This document shows positions 9,552 through 20,816 of a stretch of 64,000 nt of DNA, piece by piece; position 1 is the stretch's first letter; each line of letters opens with the position of its first letter. Source of the DNA: an uncultured Methanosarcinaceae archaeon (GTDB taxonomy: Archaea; Halobacteriota; Methanosarcinia; Methanosarcinales; Methanosarcinaceae); contig CAWKGG010000043.1 of NCBI GenBank assembly GCA_963848985.1, forward strand, positions 12,871-76,870, in the 5' to 3' direction. The notes under the pieces were generated by a model. The model had not been told where the DNA came from. It did no database searches and saw only the letters and a program-made list of their open reading frames with translations. Made by a program: the position numbers and the translations under genes.

Positions 9552-10381
9552 ACTTTGAATTCCGTGCTGTGTACTGGAGAGAAATGGTAAAGTTTTTCAG
9601 ATTCAAATCAATGCTCTTCAGTTCCTTAATTCAGCCTGTTATGTGGCTTGCATTCTTTGGGCTTGCAATGTCAAAGAGTTTTGATAAACTTACTTCCTTA
9701 CTTCCAAGCACTCCAGGGATTCCAAATGTCGATTACCTTACCTACATGGGAGCTGGAATTATTGCGATGGATGTATTATTTAGTAGTCTTTTTGGGGGCA
9801 CCTCTCTCCTATTTGATAAGAAATATAGCCTATTAAAAGAGACTCTCGCAAGTCCCACCCCACGAATAAATATCGTCATGGGCATTGGATTTTCAAGCAT
9901 TACAAAGGCATTTATTCAGACGGGTATCATAATAATATTTGGGAAACTGATAGGGATGAATTTCTTTAAAGGATATGATATCATTCAAACTCTTGTCTCA
10001 GTCGTAGGCATTTTTTTATTAGTTGGAATTTTTACCTTAGGATTTTTCTTCCTTTCAGGGTCAATTGCTATTACCGTTGATCAACCGGAAGGGATGCAGT
10101 CTATTCTAACTCTGCTCACCATGCCTCTATTCTTCATAAGCAATGCTCTATATCCAGTTGATTCTTTTCCTGAGGTTCTAAAGTTTCTGTCAATATTCAA
10201 CCCTTTAACCCTTCTTTCAAATGGAATTCGGTATTTTGCACTAGGAACTAATTTCTCTGTTATGGGGGGCCATTATATTTATACAACAGCAGATATTACG
10301 ATGTCCTTCATGGGTCTCATATTCTTTGCTCTCGTAATGCTATCCATCGTACTCTGGAGATTTGATAAAGTGGATGTATAA
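9548..10381 (+). CDS. ABC-2 type permease
   Basis: Multi-TM protein, LFFISNALYP..NPLT; ATGA overlap with the ATPase gene. Confidence 0.93.
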   Translation: MNFEFRAVYWREMVKFFRFKSMLFSSLIQPVMWLAFFGLAMSKSFDKLTSLLPSTPGIPNVDYLTYMGAGIIAMDVLFSSLFGGTSLLFDKKYSLLKETLASPTPRINIVMGIGFSSITKAFIQTGIIIIFGKLIGMNFFKGYDIIQTLVSVVGIFLLVGIFTLGFFFLSGSIAITVDQPEGMQSILTLLTMPLFFISNALYPVDSFPEVLKFLSIFNPLTLLSNGIRYFALGTNFSVMGGHYIYTTADITMSFMGLIFFALVMLSIVLWRFDKVDV

Positions 10382-10948
10382 CTCAGTAATTGATCTTGAG
10401 TATAAAACCTCTGAATATAATCTTGATAGGTTTGATACAGCCAAATAACTTATATTTAAATCGAAATTCATCATGCTTAAATACACAATAAGTAAGCTTA
10501 AAGAACATCAAAGCTATAACAGAAGAACAATAGCATTAAGGAAGAACAATACCATTTTTAGGAAAGATTGAAAACAAATAGTTTGATAAATTTTGATTGT
10601 AAGAAAAATATGCCGCTCAAGAAAGTATTCAGGATAGTGGGAGCCAAAAAAGGGAACTAATCATCTCATAACTCGCTTAATCTAGTTATTCGACATATTA
10701 TGAGAGTTACTAGAGATAGGTGTATAAAAACTATAATCATAAATATGAATAAGTGATAAGCCATTGTTAGGCTCAAGGTAATATTCTCATTCGTTAGCTA
10801 GATATATAGCTATTCATCACAAAATCATTTCTAGAGTCGCTAAAGTAGTTATGTGGGCTTTTAGTTGAAAAGGTTATGTGACGTAGTGACTGTGTTAATA
10901 TCGTAATAGAGACCCTGACATAAAAAATAGCGGTTTCCATGGATTTGT

Positions 10949-11146
10949 TGGCCGCAGTAATTTATTTGATGATTTTTCGCTAATTATAGCGTTTTTATTC
11001 TAATTAATCTATTTAAGTATGTATTTGTGGCATTTTAATGAATATATCTAATTAATTTTGGGATTTATCTATCAATTTATGGTCAATTAAGTAATTATTT
11101 GAGAATTAATTTTGGCGGAACTGGGTATTTGTACTGTTTTGAAGAT
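10949..11146. repeat. Dispersed non-coding repeat, copy 1 (copy 2 at about 60745-60945)
   Basis: Shared TGGCCG.AGT.ATTTATTTGATGATTTTT.GCTAA...AATTAATTTTGG...TATTTGA.AATTAATTTTG. Confidence 0.7.
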
Positions 11147-11365
11147 CAATCTAATTTTTTGATAAAATCTATGTATAATAATATAATGCACTCAAAATTA
11201 TAAAAAGGAACCAGAAAAGAAACGAATACATAAGAACATTTTGATATAAAATTAAAACTAAGAATATATAGCTTTTAACAAAAAACTATGCATTTCGCAA
11301 TTATATTGAATAGAACTCATGCAATAAAACTGAAAATCTTGATCTTTATGATCAAGTAAATTACT

Positions 11366-11489
11366 TAATATGAAAATATATTTTTGTTTTAAAATATTTT
11401 ATGTGGAAGTAAATTTTATTCAGAAACTATTTTGTATAATTAATTTAAAATAATTACAAGATCACTGTATATTGTAGCTTAAAGCGAAC
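11366..11489. repeat. Upstream repeat shared with about 61544-61669
   Basis: Shared GGAAGTAA.TTTTATTCAGAAACTATTTT..GTATAATTAATTTAAAATAA...TGTATA.TGTA.CTTAAA..GAAC. Confidence 0.75.
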
Positions 11490-11648
11490 CTATATAATAG
11501 TACAAAGCTTTGGCTATGAGAAATAGGTATCAGGAAGCATTAGATTGTCCAAAGATGATACTATCGAATTTTCATTGTGTTCGCTTCCTTTTTTCAAGCG
11601 CATAGTCATATGATCGAAAATAAAAGTAAGTTTAGGCAAGAATAAGAG

Positions 11649-12173
11649 GTGATTTGTATACCATCGAAACAGCTCCCCTTCACAATTCAGACGCAGCAGC
11701 AAACAAATTGGTGCTGGGCAGCATGTGCATGCAGCATAAGTGTATTCTTTAACTCGGCCCCAATATGGTCGAAACAATGTACGCTTGCTAATACTGCATT
11801 CGGAATAAGCGGAACAAATGATTGTTGCACTAATGGTTCAAGTAGTTCATGTAATCTACCTTGTGATCCCAATAAGGCTTTAACGATAACAAAAAATTCT
11901 CAGCAGAATTCGTTTTCTGGAGCTGCATCAATACCGCAAATACAGACAGAAATTAACGCGGGTCATCCAATTTTTTGTGAAATGCTTCTTAATGGCGGGA
12001 ATGATGTACATTGTGTTGTTATATATGGCTATAACTTTGGTATTGGATCGGCATCACTCAACATCGCAGACCCTGAACCTGGTGTGGGCTATTCCATTGT
12101 ACCCTATGATACCTTCAAAAGTGCGTATCGAGGATCTGGAATATGGAATTATACATATTTAGTCCAACCTTAA
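11649..12173 (+). CDS. Papain-like cysteine protease (C39/C70-like)
   Basis: Q..TNWCWAAC (oxyanion Gln, catalytic Cys), HCVVIYGY (His), IADP (Asp). Confidence 0.85.
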   Translation: MICIPSKQLPFTIQTQQQTNWCWAACACSISVFFNSAPIWSKQCTLANTAFGISGTNDCCTNGSSSSCNLPCDPNKALTITKNSQQNSFSGAASIPQIQTEINAGHPIFCEMLLNGGNDVHCVVIYGYNFGIGSASLNIADPEPGVGYSIVPYDTFKSAYRGSGIWNYTYLVQP

Positions 12174-12177
12174 GGAG

Positions 12178-12799
12178 ATGATTTTATCTCTATTATTTAT
12201 AGAAAAGCGCCATCTAGAAGTTGAAGAAGCTGCAAAAACCGGGGTGAAACATTTGGGTTCAGAATGCGCCTTCACTACCCCACTTCTAAAAAGCTTTGCC
12301 ACTGAATATGCCGTTTCAAGACCCCTTTAACTGAGCAGGCTTTACCTGTATACCACTTGGGTCTTTCTGATATAGCTGAAAGCCCAGATTAAAAGAATCC
12401 ATCCAAACAGGATGGCACTACATGCTCAAAAAGAATGATGTGACATTAGCTCATGCTGAGACCATTATTGATCCTAATGGGAAAAATTTATTTGCAGCAA
12501 TTAGGGAAGGTCCTATAGTTGAAGGAACCGCCAAAGCGATTACAACAACAGAAGGACAGAATGAAATAAAAGTAGGTAATTTTGAAGTGCGATTACTTTT
12601 TATTCCAGCACTTCATATAATCGCACTTTGTTTAGCAGATGAGAAGGAGAAAGCCGACTTTGTAGTACCCAATGAGCCAACTCAAGCACCTTTGACACCG
12701 AATAAACTGATCCCATTAAATGAATTTCTCGTTATCCTACAAAGAGAAGCAAAATCTGCCCTAGAATCCTATCGCGGTAAAGAGAGATTTTTTGATTAA
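12178..12799 (+). pseudogene. Hypothetical partner of the protease, two frameshifts
   Basis: AGGAG-ATG right after the protease stop; three frames join as MILSLL...SRPL / TEQALPVYHLGLSDIA / GWHYMLKK..HAET..EGP..EVRLLFIPALHIIALCL. Confidence 0.65.
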
Positions 12800-12933
12800 G
12801 GATCTGTCAAAAAATTATTGTGATCTACTGCAAATTTTACAATCTGCAATATCCCCAATCGAAAAGGATACTCGATATTGTAGATCTATTCTAACTTTAA
12901 CAACTTGTCATAATTGAATTTTCGAATAGCTCT
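12799..12933. mobile_element. MITE-like element, family B (related copies at 22812-22942, 17229-17272)
   Basis: Degenerate AGAGCCTATC..AAAA-type termini and shared internal GATCTACTGCAAATTTTACA. Confidence 0.55.
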
Positions 12934-13587
12934 AAATCTGATCTGAAGTTTAGTCCAAACTTATCCCTTGTGTTCAAAACACAGAAGGTCACAATTTTGC
13001 GTTGGGTTTTGAACATATACATTGATTTAACACTAATAGGGCTTAAGCATTTATTGTGCATTTTAACCGTCATAGTACTGGAACTTTGGAGATGGAACTA
13101 ATTCTCCCCTACTGAATATAGCTCAGATTTACATGACAGTAGGATCCTATACCACTAAACGACAGTAATCAATATAGTTTGTAACAGTACAATCCAAGCT
13201 CTGGCTTTAATGGTTATTAAAAATCGATGTATTTTCTCTATCTCAGCTAAAAATTGAGAGCATTTTTGTACTGATTCAAAGCAAAATAAATATATTTTAT
13301 TAAAATCAATGCAACTGCTAAAAACCAAAAAAATGTTTTTATCAATTGAAGGGAAAGAAATCTTTCAAATCAAATGTAAAATCTGAAAAATAGCAATGTT
13401 TTATCCCAAAAGGTAGCTGTTTCCCTCAATACTACAATTGATATACAAAATATGGCAATGTTTAAGTTTTTTATGATTCAAGAAAGCAATTGGTATATAA
13501 TAGTAAAATGGTTAATAAATAAAATTAAAAAATGTCTATTAAAGCCTACCTTTATCTGTCCAGTGGTTATGCTGCCATTATTTCTCT

Positions 13588-14181
13588 TCATTTTTTATCA
13601 ATGGAATCCAGAGTTCCGTAGACATTTCCAGTATTTATGTAGATCTGTCCCGCAATTCCGTCGAACAGTTGAGTTCCGTCGGACAGTCCATCAACTGAGA
13701 ATCCACCAGTTTTTCCAGACGATCCACTAGTCACACCCATGGATCCCCCCGTACCACCAGAAGAACCACCCGTACCACCAGACGATCCACCACTGGGTGT
13801 CTGTGCTACACTTGGTGAATCTGTTTCTGCTGGTCCATGCCCACCTGGTAATGATTCTTCAGAAGATACCCCCGTACTACCAGATGATCCACCAGTTAGA
13901 CCAGAAGAACCACTAGTTAGATCAGAAGAACCACCCGAAGATACACCATTGGGTGTCTGTGGCACACCCGGTGAATTTATTTGGACTGTTCCGTGACTAC
14001 CTGATAATGAAGATTGAGAGCTTATTACAGTAACATGGCCTTTTACACTAGCTGGAGCGCTTACTACAGTAATTACCATTGAAATTACTATAAGAAATAT
14101 TACTAAAATGGCTAATATCTGTTTTCTTCTTTTAAAAGCTCGCTTTTCCATTTTATCTACACTCCATATTTTATTTCTCAA
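13588..14181 (-). CDS. Secreted or membrane-anchored Gly/Ser-rich low-complexity protein
   Basis: Basic-hydrophobic signal KRRKQILAILVIFLIV; GGSSG/GTGG repeats; duplicated HG..SP.V.QTP.G unit. Confidence 0.75.
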   Translation of the reverse strand: MRNKIWSVDKMEKRAFKRRKQILAILVIFLIVISMVITVVSAPASVKGHVTVISSQSSLSGSHGTVQINSPGVPQTPNGVSSGGSSDLTSGSSGLTGGSSGSTGVSSEESLPGGHGPAETDSPSVAQTPSGGSSGGTGGSSGGTGGSMGVTSGSSGKTGGFSVDGLSDGTQLFDGIAGQIYINTGNVYGTLDSIDKK

Positions 14182-14858
14182 TCTGATACGATTTTAACTT
14201 GCTTTCTAGATTACACTTCCATTGGCATAAGTTATGAATATATGTTATAGGACATATGAGGTTGAACCGAGAACACAAGGTATTAAGCCATTACCTTGCA
14301 CAACAAAAAATTAGAGTTGTCACAGTAAATGCTAACAATTAAAAAGCTTAAAAGAAAAAATTTATTCTCAGTCCAAGTGTACAGTTTACTAATCTTAGAA
14401 GAATTTCGATTACATCTTCGATTTCAACAAATTGCTTATATATACCTTATAGACAACCACTCTAAATTCAAAATTTATCAAAATTTTACAGGATTAAACC
14501 ATGAAAAGAACGGAAGAAAGAAAGTAGTTGAGCACCTTTCCACTTTGTCCGTGTTTTCAATGATTATAAATTAACTTTTAACTTAAACTTTATTATCATA
14601 AATTTATATAAAATTATCTGATAGTTTCGCCAATTTTCTGTAAATTAAAATTTGAATTTTTGCAAACTATCCATAATCAGGTTTACCAAAAATGTGATTT
14701 CTATCTCATAACATTATGAGACTTGTGATTTTATAGAAAATCAGTATGCTACCAACTCAAATACTTAAAAATCTCTCTACGTTTTTTCCAAAAATGATAC
14801 ATATACTCGTTTTCCAGATTTGATCAATGACTCAAGGAAACGACCTATTCATTTAATG

Positions 14859-15494
14859 TTATTTAGTAAGTTCCTTAAACTTTTCATCAGTCCATAGTCC
14901 TTTAAAGTCGGGGTCTTTCTTTGCTATTTCTTTCCATGCAGAGTCAAGCTCGACGGCTTTTGTGAAATTAGATATTGATTGTTCCTTTTTATTGGTTAGA
15001 GAATAAATGCATGCACGATTGTACCAAGCATCAGAATAATGCGGGTTAATTTGATTTGCTTTGTCATATGCTTTTATTGCTTCATCGTATTTATTTAAAT
15101 TATTAAGAGCAAGACCTTTATTATTCCAAGCTTTTGAATATCTTGGATTAATTCCAATTGCTTTATCATATGCTTTTATTGCTTCATATGATTTATTTAA
15201 ATTATATAAAACAACGCCTTCATCATTCCAAGCTTTTGAATATTGCGGATCAATTTCAATTACTTTGTCATATGCTTTCATTGCTTCATATTGTTTATTC
15301 AATTTATACAGAACAAGTCCTTTATTGTACCAAGCATCTGAATTATTCGGGTTAATTTCAATTGCTTTGTCATATGCTTTCATTGCTTCATCGGATCGAT
15401 TTAATTCATATAGAGCAATTCCTTTATTATTCCAAGTTTCTGAAATCTGCGGGTTAATTTCAATTGCTTTGTCGTATGCTTTTATTGCTTCATC
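14859..15494 (-). repeat. 636-bp TPR module, inverted near-identical copy of 28386-29021
   Basis: Comparison by eye found about 4 substitutions. Confidence 0.9.
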
Positions 15495-15908
15495 TGATTT
15501 ATTTAATTTATATAGAGCAGATCCTTTATTGTTCCAAGCTTTTGAAGAATTAGGTGAGTTGATATTATCTATAGGTACTAAGTTTGTATTTGCTTCATCG
15601 GATTTGAGATGGGCAGTTTTATCGTTATAATTAGTCACATAAACCTTTGTTCCATTTGGTGTGATTGCAACTCCATAAGGACCGGATCCTACTCTAGAAG
15701 GATGAGATTCTACAGGCACTGTGGCTATAACTGTGTTAGTTGCGGTATCAATTACAGAAACATTGTTGCTGCCAGAATTCGTAATATATACAAATGGCGC
15801 TGCATATATGATACTTATTAGCATTAAAACCAAAGCCGTTGAAACTAGGGCTATCGAATACAACTTTTGTTTATTGACCATACATTTCAACTCTTTTATC
15901 GATGTCAT
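14859..15908 (-). CDS. Chimeric signal peptide + truncated YVTN beta-propeller + TPR protein
   Basis: YITNSGSNNVSVIDTATN and PYGVAITPNGTKVYVTN followed by about 6 AWNNKG..AYDKAIEINP repeats. Confidence 0.85.
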   Translation of the reverse strand: MTSIKELKCMVNKQKLYSIALVSTALVLMLISIIYAAPFVYITNSGSNNVSVIDTATNTVIATVPVESHPSRVGSGPYGVAITPNGTKVYVTNYNDKTAHLKSDEANTNLVPIDNINSPNSSKAWNNKGSALYKLNKSDEAIKAYDKAIEINPQISETWNNKGIALYELNRSDEAMKAYDKAIEINPNNSDAWYNKGLVLYKLNKQYEAMKAYDKVIEIDPQYSKAWNDEGVVLYNLNKSYEAIKAYDKAIGINPRYSKAWNNKGLALNNLNKYDEAIKAYDKANQINPHYSDAWYNRACIYSLTNKKEQSISNFTKAVELDSAWKEIAKKDPDFKGLWTDEKFKELTK

Positions 15909-16240
15909 TTATTCAAAAAACCAGACAATCATCTCTTCTGATTTTGATTGATTAAAATATCAGAATCTGCAAAAACACCACAGAAGTTTGATAAACACCA
16001 AATGAGTGAATATCACTAAATTTTTTAAATAAGTAGAATCAGTTAAACATTATATAGCTTACTCACTAGATAAATTTTAAATATTGGTTAATATTGCAAT
16101 TTGATTATCCTTTTCTTTCACTGCAAAAAGTTGGACTCTGAGCCAATAGTTTTTACTGACGTAGTTTTTTTTCGTTAATCCCACTAATGCAGAGGTTTTA
16201 TAGCAAAAAACTATGTATAAAAAATCACTATACATTAGAT

Positions 16241-16373
16241 AGGCCTGAAATAATTAAACTGAAAATCAGCATCTCTATATCCAAAATTATATAAAAGGTT
16301 ATGATTTGTATAACAATAATCTAAACTAAAACTTATATTGCATTTGATTTTTGATTTTAAGTGTTTAAGTCTC
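16241..16373. mobile_element. Degenerate MITE-like element, family A
   Basis: AGGCCTGAAATAATTAAACTGAAAATC...TTAAGTGTTTAAGTCTC resembles the copies at 44918 and 56769. Confidence 0.45.
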
Positions 16374-17629
16374 AGAAATTAAATCACTGTAAATATAAAA
16401 AATCTATGCCTTTTTACTTTTATTTTTCTCTTATTTTTTTTCTTTCTAGCTGCTTCTGACGCAGCAGCTGTTACTGTTGCTGCAACTACTAATAACTGAA
16501 CAGCTAATATCTCTTTAATTCTTTTTGTCATAAAGCCATTGACTCGTTAATTTATTATTTTTTGATATAGCTCTGCTCTAATATTTTAATTGTATCATAA
16601 AAATTTTGAACACTGATTTACTTTAATTTTAAGACCGCTTCTAAGTTCAACCACATAAATAATTATACCATTATACTATTAGATCCAACCAACTTTCAAT
16701 TAAAGGAAGAAAAGCATAGGCATCATGCTGCTCTTGTACTTTATAAATCCCAAATTTTTGACCGATTGGATGCAGAAGAAAATTAAATAAATATTTAATA
16801 TGAAATTCAATTAATTTTGTTCGCACTGCTAATAGCGTTCTTTGCATTTTGCTGTGTAGGAAGCTGAGATCAATTATGGACACTATAACAAAAATAATGC
16901 TCACATTACTAGCAATCCTATGGATCTTAATATTATATGGAAAAGTATCATGATGATTATAGCACATGTATACTTCAAGCGACTGAATTGCTATGAATGG
17001 GAATCCATGAAACTAGTCGATGCCGACAGTCCTTAACTCGGCTTCGTGTAAAAGAAAACGAACCAAATATTAAATACAAGATTCACTAATATCAATTATA
17101 AGAAATAAAAATCGATGATGTATTTGAATTATCGATAGCGAGATATTCAAAACTTATTTATCATTTATTGGTAGTACCAAAATTTCTGGTTGGATAGATA
17201 CGGGGATTACTCTCCCAAGTATCTCTTAAGAGCCTATCTAACAGGTATTATGATCTACTATAACTTTTACATTAGACAGTATGCTGAAGATTCTCTAAAA
17301 TTTAATCAACTCTGAATTCTATTTATTTTACTACATAAAATAGGATGCTGAGTTAATTTTATGTTAACAAAGTTCTGTTTTTAGATTTTCATTTGTACTC
17401 AGTTTTTTTTGTGACTAAAACTATGTATTTTCTCATTTTTAAGCCGAAATAATAGAGCATTTTTACCTGATTGTTCCTAATATACATAGTTTTTTTTAAA
17501 ATATATGCTATGTTCAAAAGACAGGAAGTTGCCATATTTATCTCGCGAGAAAAAAAATAAATGAAAATTATGTACCTATTAATCTATAAATTAGATTTAT
17601 TTAATCTGTTTAGATAAAGTTTCTGTGCC

Positions 17630-17745
17630 TTTCAAAGCTATTGGATCCTGTGGGTTAATTTCAATTGCTTTGTCAAATGCTTTCATTGCATCTTCATACT
17701 TGTTTAAATTACCAAGAGCAATTCCTTTATTGTTTCAAGCATCTT
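17630..17745 (-). pseudogene. Single-repeat TPR relic
   Basis: DA*NNKGIALGNLNKYEDAMKAFDKAIEINPQDP. Confidence 0.7.
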
Positions 17746-17992
17746 AATCTTGTGTCACACCTGCGATACTAACTGAGATAAAAAAGATCCAAACAACGTT
17801 GAAATAATATTTTCTTGGAACTATTAAAAAGATTTCTGTAGTCCTATGAGAAATTAATAACATTAAACTGTTAACTGGCTGAAATCTAATTTTAAATAAC
17901 AGCGTTTATTGTACTTAATTTTATACTTCAAGTGCTTATAGTCCTATAATTATACAAAAATGAAACGAAAATATTTTTTTGAAAGGATTATC

Positions 17993-18532
17993 ATGTTTGG
18001 AAAATACAAGGACCTTGTTGAAAAGGCTTCAGAAGTAGAACTTAAATCTTATTTTCTGGATGCAAAGAACATTCCGATTGAGAATCGTACTGTCTTGAAG
18101 TGCGCTTACGGTTGCAAAGATTATGGAACAAGGGCGAGCTGCCCACCTTATGTTATGTCAATTGATGAGTTCAGAAAGGTTATAGTGGAATACAACAGTG
18201 CACTTTTCCTGGTAGATGAACACGATACTGCAGAACTTTTCGATATTCAGGAAGGATGGTCAGGGCTTTGCAAGGACTCTTTCCATAAAATGTTCAAGCT
18301 TGAGCAGGAAGCTTTCAGGGAAGGTTTTACCTTCGCACATCTTCTGAGGCCTGGTCCCTGTAACGAATGTGAAGTATGTAACCTTGAAAAGTGTGTAAAG
18401 CCAGAAATGAAGCGTTTTGCACCTGAAGCTGTGGGGATAAATCTCCTGAAAGCAATGGAAGGTTTCGGACTTGCACTTGAGTTCTGTAAGCCGGAGAAAA
18501 CTGTATGTATCGGGATTTTGCTTATTGAGTAG
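17993..18532 (+). CDS. DUF2284-family Cys-rich metal-binding protein
   Basis: KCAYGC..YG...SCPP; GPCNECEVC..C; R..PEAVGIN; start may be 17960. Confidence 0.8.
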   Translation: MFGKYKDLVEKASEVELKSYFLDAKNIPIENRTVLKCAYGCKDYGTRASCPPYVMSIDEFRKVIVEYNSALFLVDEHDTAELFDIQEGWSGLCKDSFHKMFKLEQEAFREGFTFAHLLRPGPCNECEVCNLEKCVKPEMKRFAPEAVGINLLKAMEGFGLALEFCKPEKTVCIGILLIE

Positions 18533-19252
18533 AGTTATGTAAAAATCGAAGAAAACTTAAATAGAAAGTTCATCACCTAAAGATAATTATCTTTACGTTT
18601 CTTCCTGCCTCCTAATCATCAGAATCTGTTTGTCGCCCTAATGAAAGATCAGCAAGCTATCTAGTTCTGTTTCCATGGTGTTGATCGAAATTAGGCAAAC
18701 GTACAAACAATATGCAGGCCTTAATAAATTAACTTGCAATTAATACATCCTAAATTACGTAGGTGAATGCAAATGTGAAATCTGTTTGCATATTTGCTTG
18801 CTATTACTAATTGAAAGTTAGATTAATTCTTATGCTACTGCAATATTGAGAAAATAAATTGAATTTTGGTGTACTTCTGCGGAAAGTGGAATCATCGAAT
18901 AAGTATAATTTACTTAAAATTCAGGATTGGAATTCCATAAATATTTCTACAGGATATTAAAGATAGCTGAAAGAGAAGAGAAAGAAAGCTGGATCAATTA
19001 AAGAAAATTTTGATAAATCCCCATATTTCAATAAATTGCTTTCATAAGCCTTATTAACAAACGGCCAAAAATTTATGTTTATCAAACTCTTCTCAAATTT
19101 AGCTTTCTTTTCCTCTAGATACATTCAAATAACTTATAAGAATATTGAAATTGTAAAATTTACTATTATAATTCAATAAGTAATTCAATAAATAATATTA
19201 ACTCTCGAATATATATAAAAAGAGGATATCGAAAAATGGAGGTTTTTTCAAA

Positions 19253-19960
19253 TTGAATTCTGAAAAGCTAAAAATAGCTGTCCTTGGAGGAACCGGAAAT
19301 ATAGGGGAAGGAATGGTACTCAGACTAGCCCTTCAAAACCTAATGACTGAAGGTGTAAAGAATGAGGTAATTATTGGATCCAGGTCCAAAGAAACTGCAA
19401 ATGAAGCCGCAAAAAAAGCCTTATCAGAACTTGAAAATTGTGGATTTGATATATCCAGAGTAACCATCACGGGGAGTACAAACCTTGAAGCTGCACAAGC
19501 AGCCGAAATAATAGTCCTTACAATCAGTTTTGATTATGTTTCGCCCCTCCTGGATGAAATCCGGAGGGCTCTTGAAGGCAAAATTGTTATCACTCCTGTG
19601 GTCCCTATGGTAAAAGAAGGAAATATTTTTTTATATAAACCCCCTTCTGAGGGTTCTGCAGCTCTTGCTATCCAGAAAAAGGTTCCTGAATCCACGAAAG
19701 TTGTCGCAGCCTTCCATAATGTTTCTTCGGCGAAATTGAAAGACATTGTCAAGTGTGAATCTATATATGACACACTGATATGCAGTGATGATGCCGAAGC
19801 GAAAAAACTGGTTATGGAGCTCACACGGAATATGGGTTGCCTCAAACCCCTTGATGGAGGCCCCCTTAAGCTGGCAAGCACAGTGGAGTCGCTGACACCC
19901 CTGCTAATCAATATCGCAAAACTTAATGGCCTTAAAAATCTCGGGATTAATATTTCTTGA
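19253..19960 (+). CDS. npdG: NADPH-dependent F420 reductase
   Basis: LGGTGNIGEG, IGSR, VVAAFHNVS, VESLTPLLINI. Confidence 0.92.
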   Translation: MNSEKLKIAVLGGTGNIGEGMVLRLALQNLMTEGVKNEVIIGSRSKETANEAAKKALSELENCGFDISRVTITGSTNLEAAQAAEIIVLTISFDYVSPLLDEIRRALEGKIVITPVVPMVKEGNIFLYKPPSEGSAALAIQKKVPESTKVVAAFHNVSSAKLKDIVKCESIYDTLICSDDAEAKKLVMELTRNMGCLKPLDGGPLKLASTVESLTPLLINIAKLNGLKNLGINIS

Positions 19961-20816
19961 CTTGAGTGAAAAAGATGACAGGATGAGAAAAACGACAGCA
20001 AAAAAGGATTGGAAGTAAATAATAGATGTTAAATCGGAGTCTATGGAATTTTCTTCAAATGACTTTATTTGAGTCTTTGATGGTAATTCACTTATTAGTT
20101 TTTCGACAGTTTTGAAAACCAAAATTCGAGCAAAAACTGTTGAATAATAATCAGAGATGTTATGCCCAAAAAAGAGCACGATTAGCATACTTTAATTTAT
20201 TTAAGTATTTTATTCGAGGAACTTCATATTTGTTCGAAGTGCAATCACTTACTATTAAACAAGAGAGGATTTTGAGAAATTCCAACATTTAGCCATATAT
20301 ATATAAATAATATATAAATGAATTATAATATCCAGGGGTTTATCTAAATTATCCATAGTTAATTAAACAGTATTTCCTACACCAATAATAATGAAAATTA
20401 TGCCTCATCAACATTAAGTCAGGTACCTACAAATTATATAAAAATATAACGTGGATATTCAGATTAACAAAAATAAATTGCAGTAGATCTATTTTGGTGG
20501 ATTATGATGCTTCTGATTACAAACTTATGGGAAAAACATGTTCAATAGCGGATATGTAAATAACATAACCCACTAAAATTTGCTCATTAAAACTTAATAA
20601 GATGATTATTTGCATCTTTTTGCTAAGGCTGAAAATTTCAATAAAATAATTATATTAGGAATTCATATGACATTTTGATTACTATTATTACTATTATTAC
20701 TATTATTATTGATTGTCTGCGAACTAAAAACTGTTAAGAGCTTCATTTCGCATTAAACTTTTCAGAGGTTCATTCAAAGATTCTGATAAAAATAGCTTTT
20801 TCAACCAAAGTCTGGA

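Noticed and set aside
15061-15630. Repetitive antisense ORFs here and at 28370-28819
   Set aside because: Shadow frames of the TPR repeats; the same applies to most short ORFs overlapping housekeeping genes
16390-17090. Short signal-peptide-like ORF near 16531 and hydrophobic ORF 16671-16967
   Set aside because: Probably gene relics; no family recognisable
20677-20712. (ATTACTATT)n microsatellite, and a short tandem duplication near 39335-39370
   Set aside because: Intergenic low-complexity slippage with no link to a coding frame
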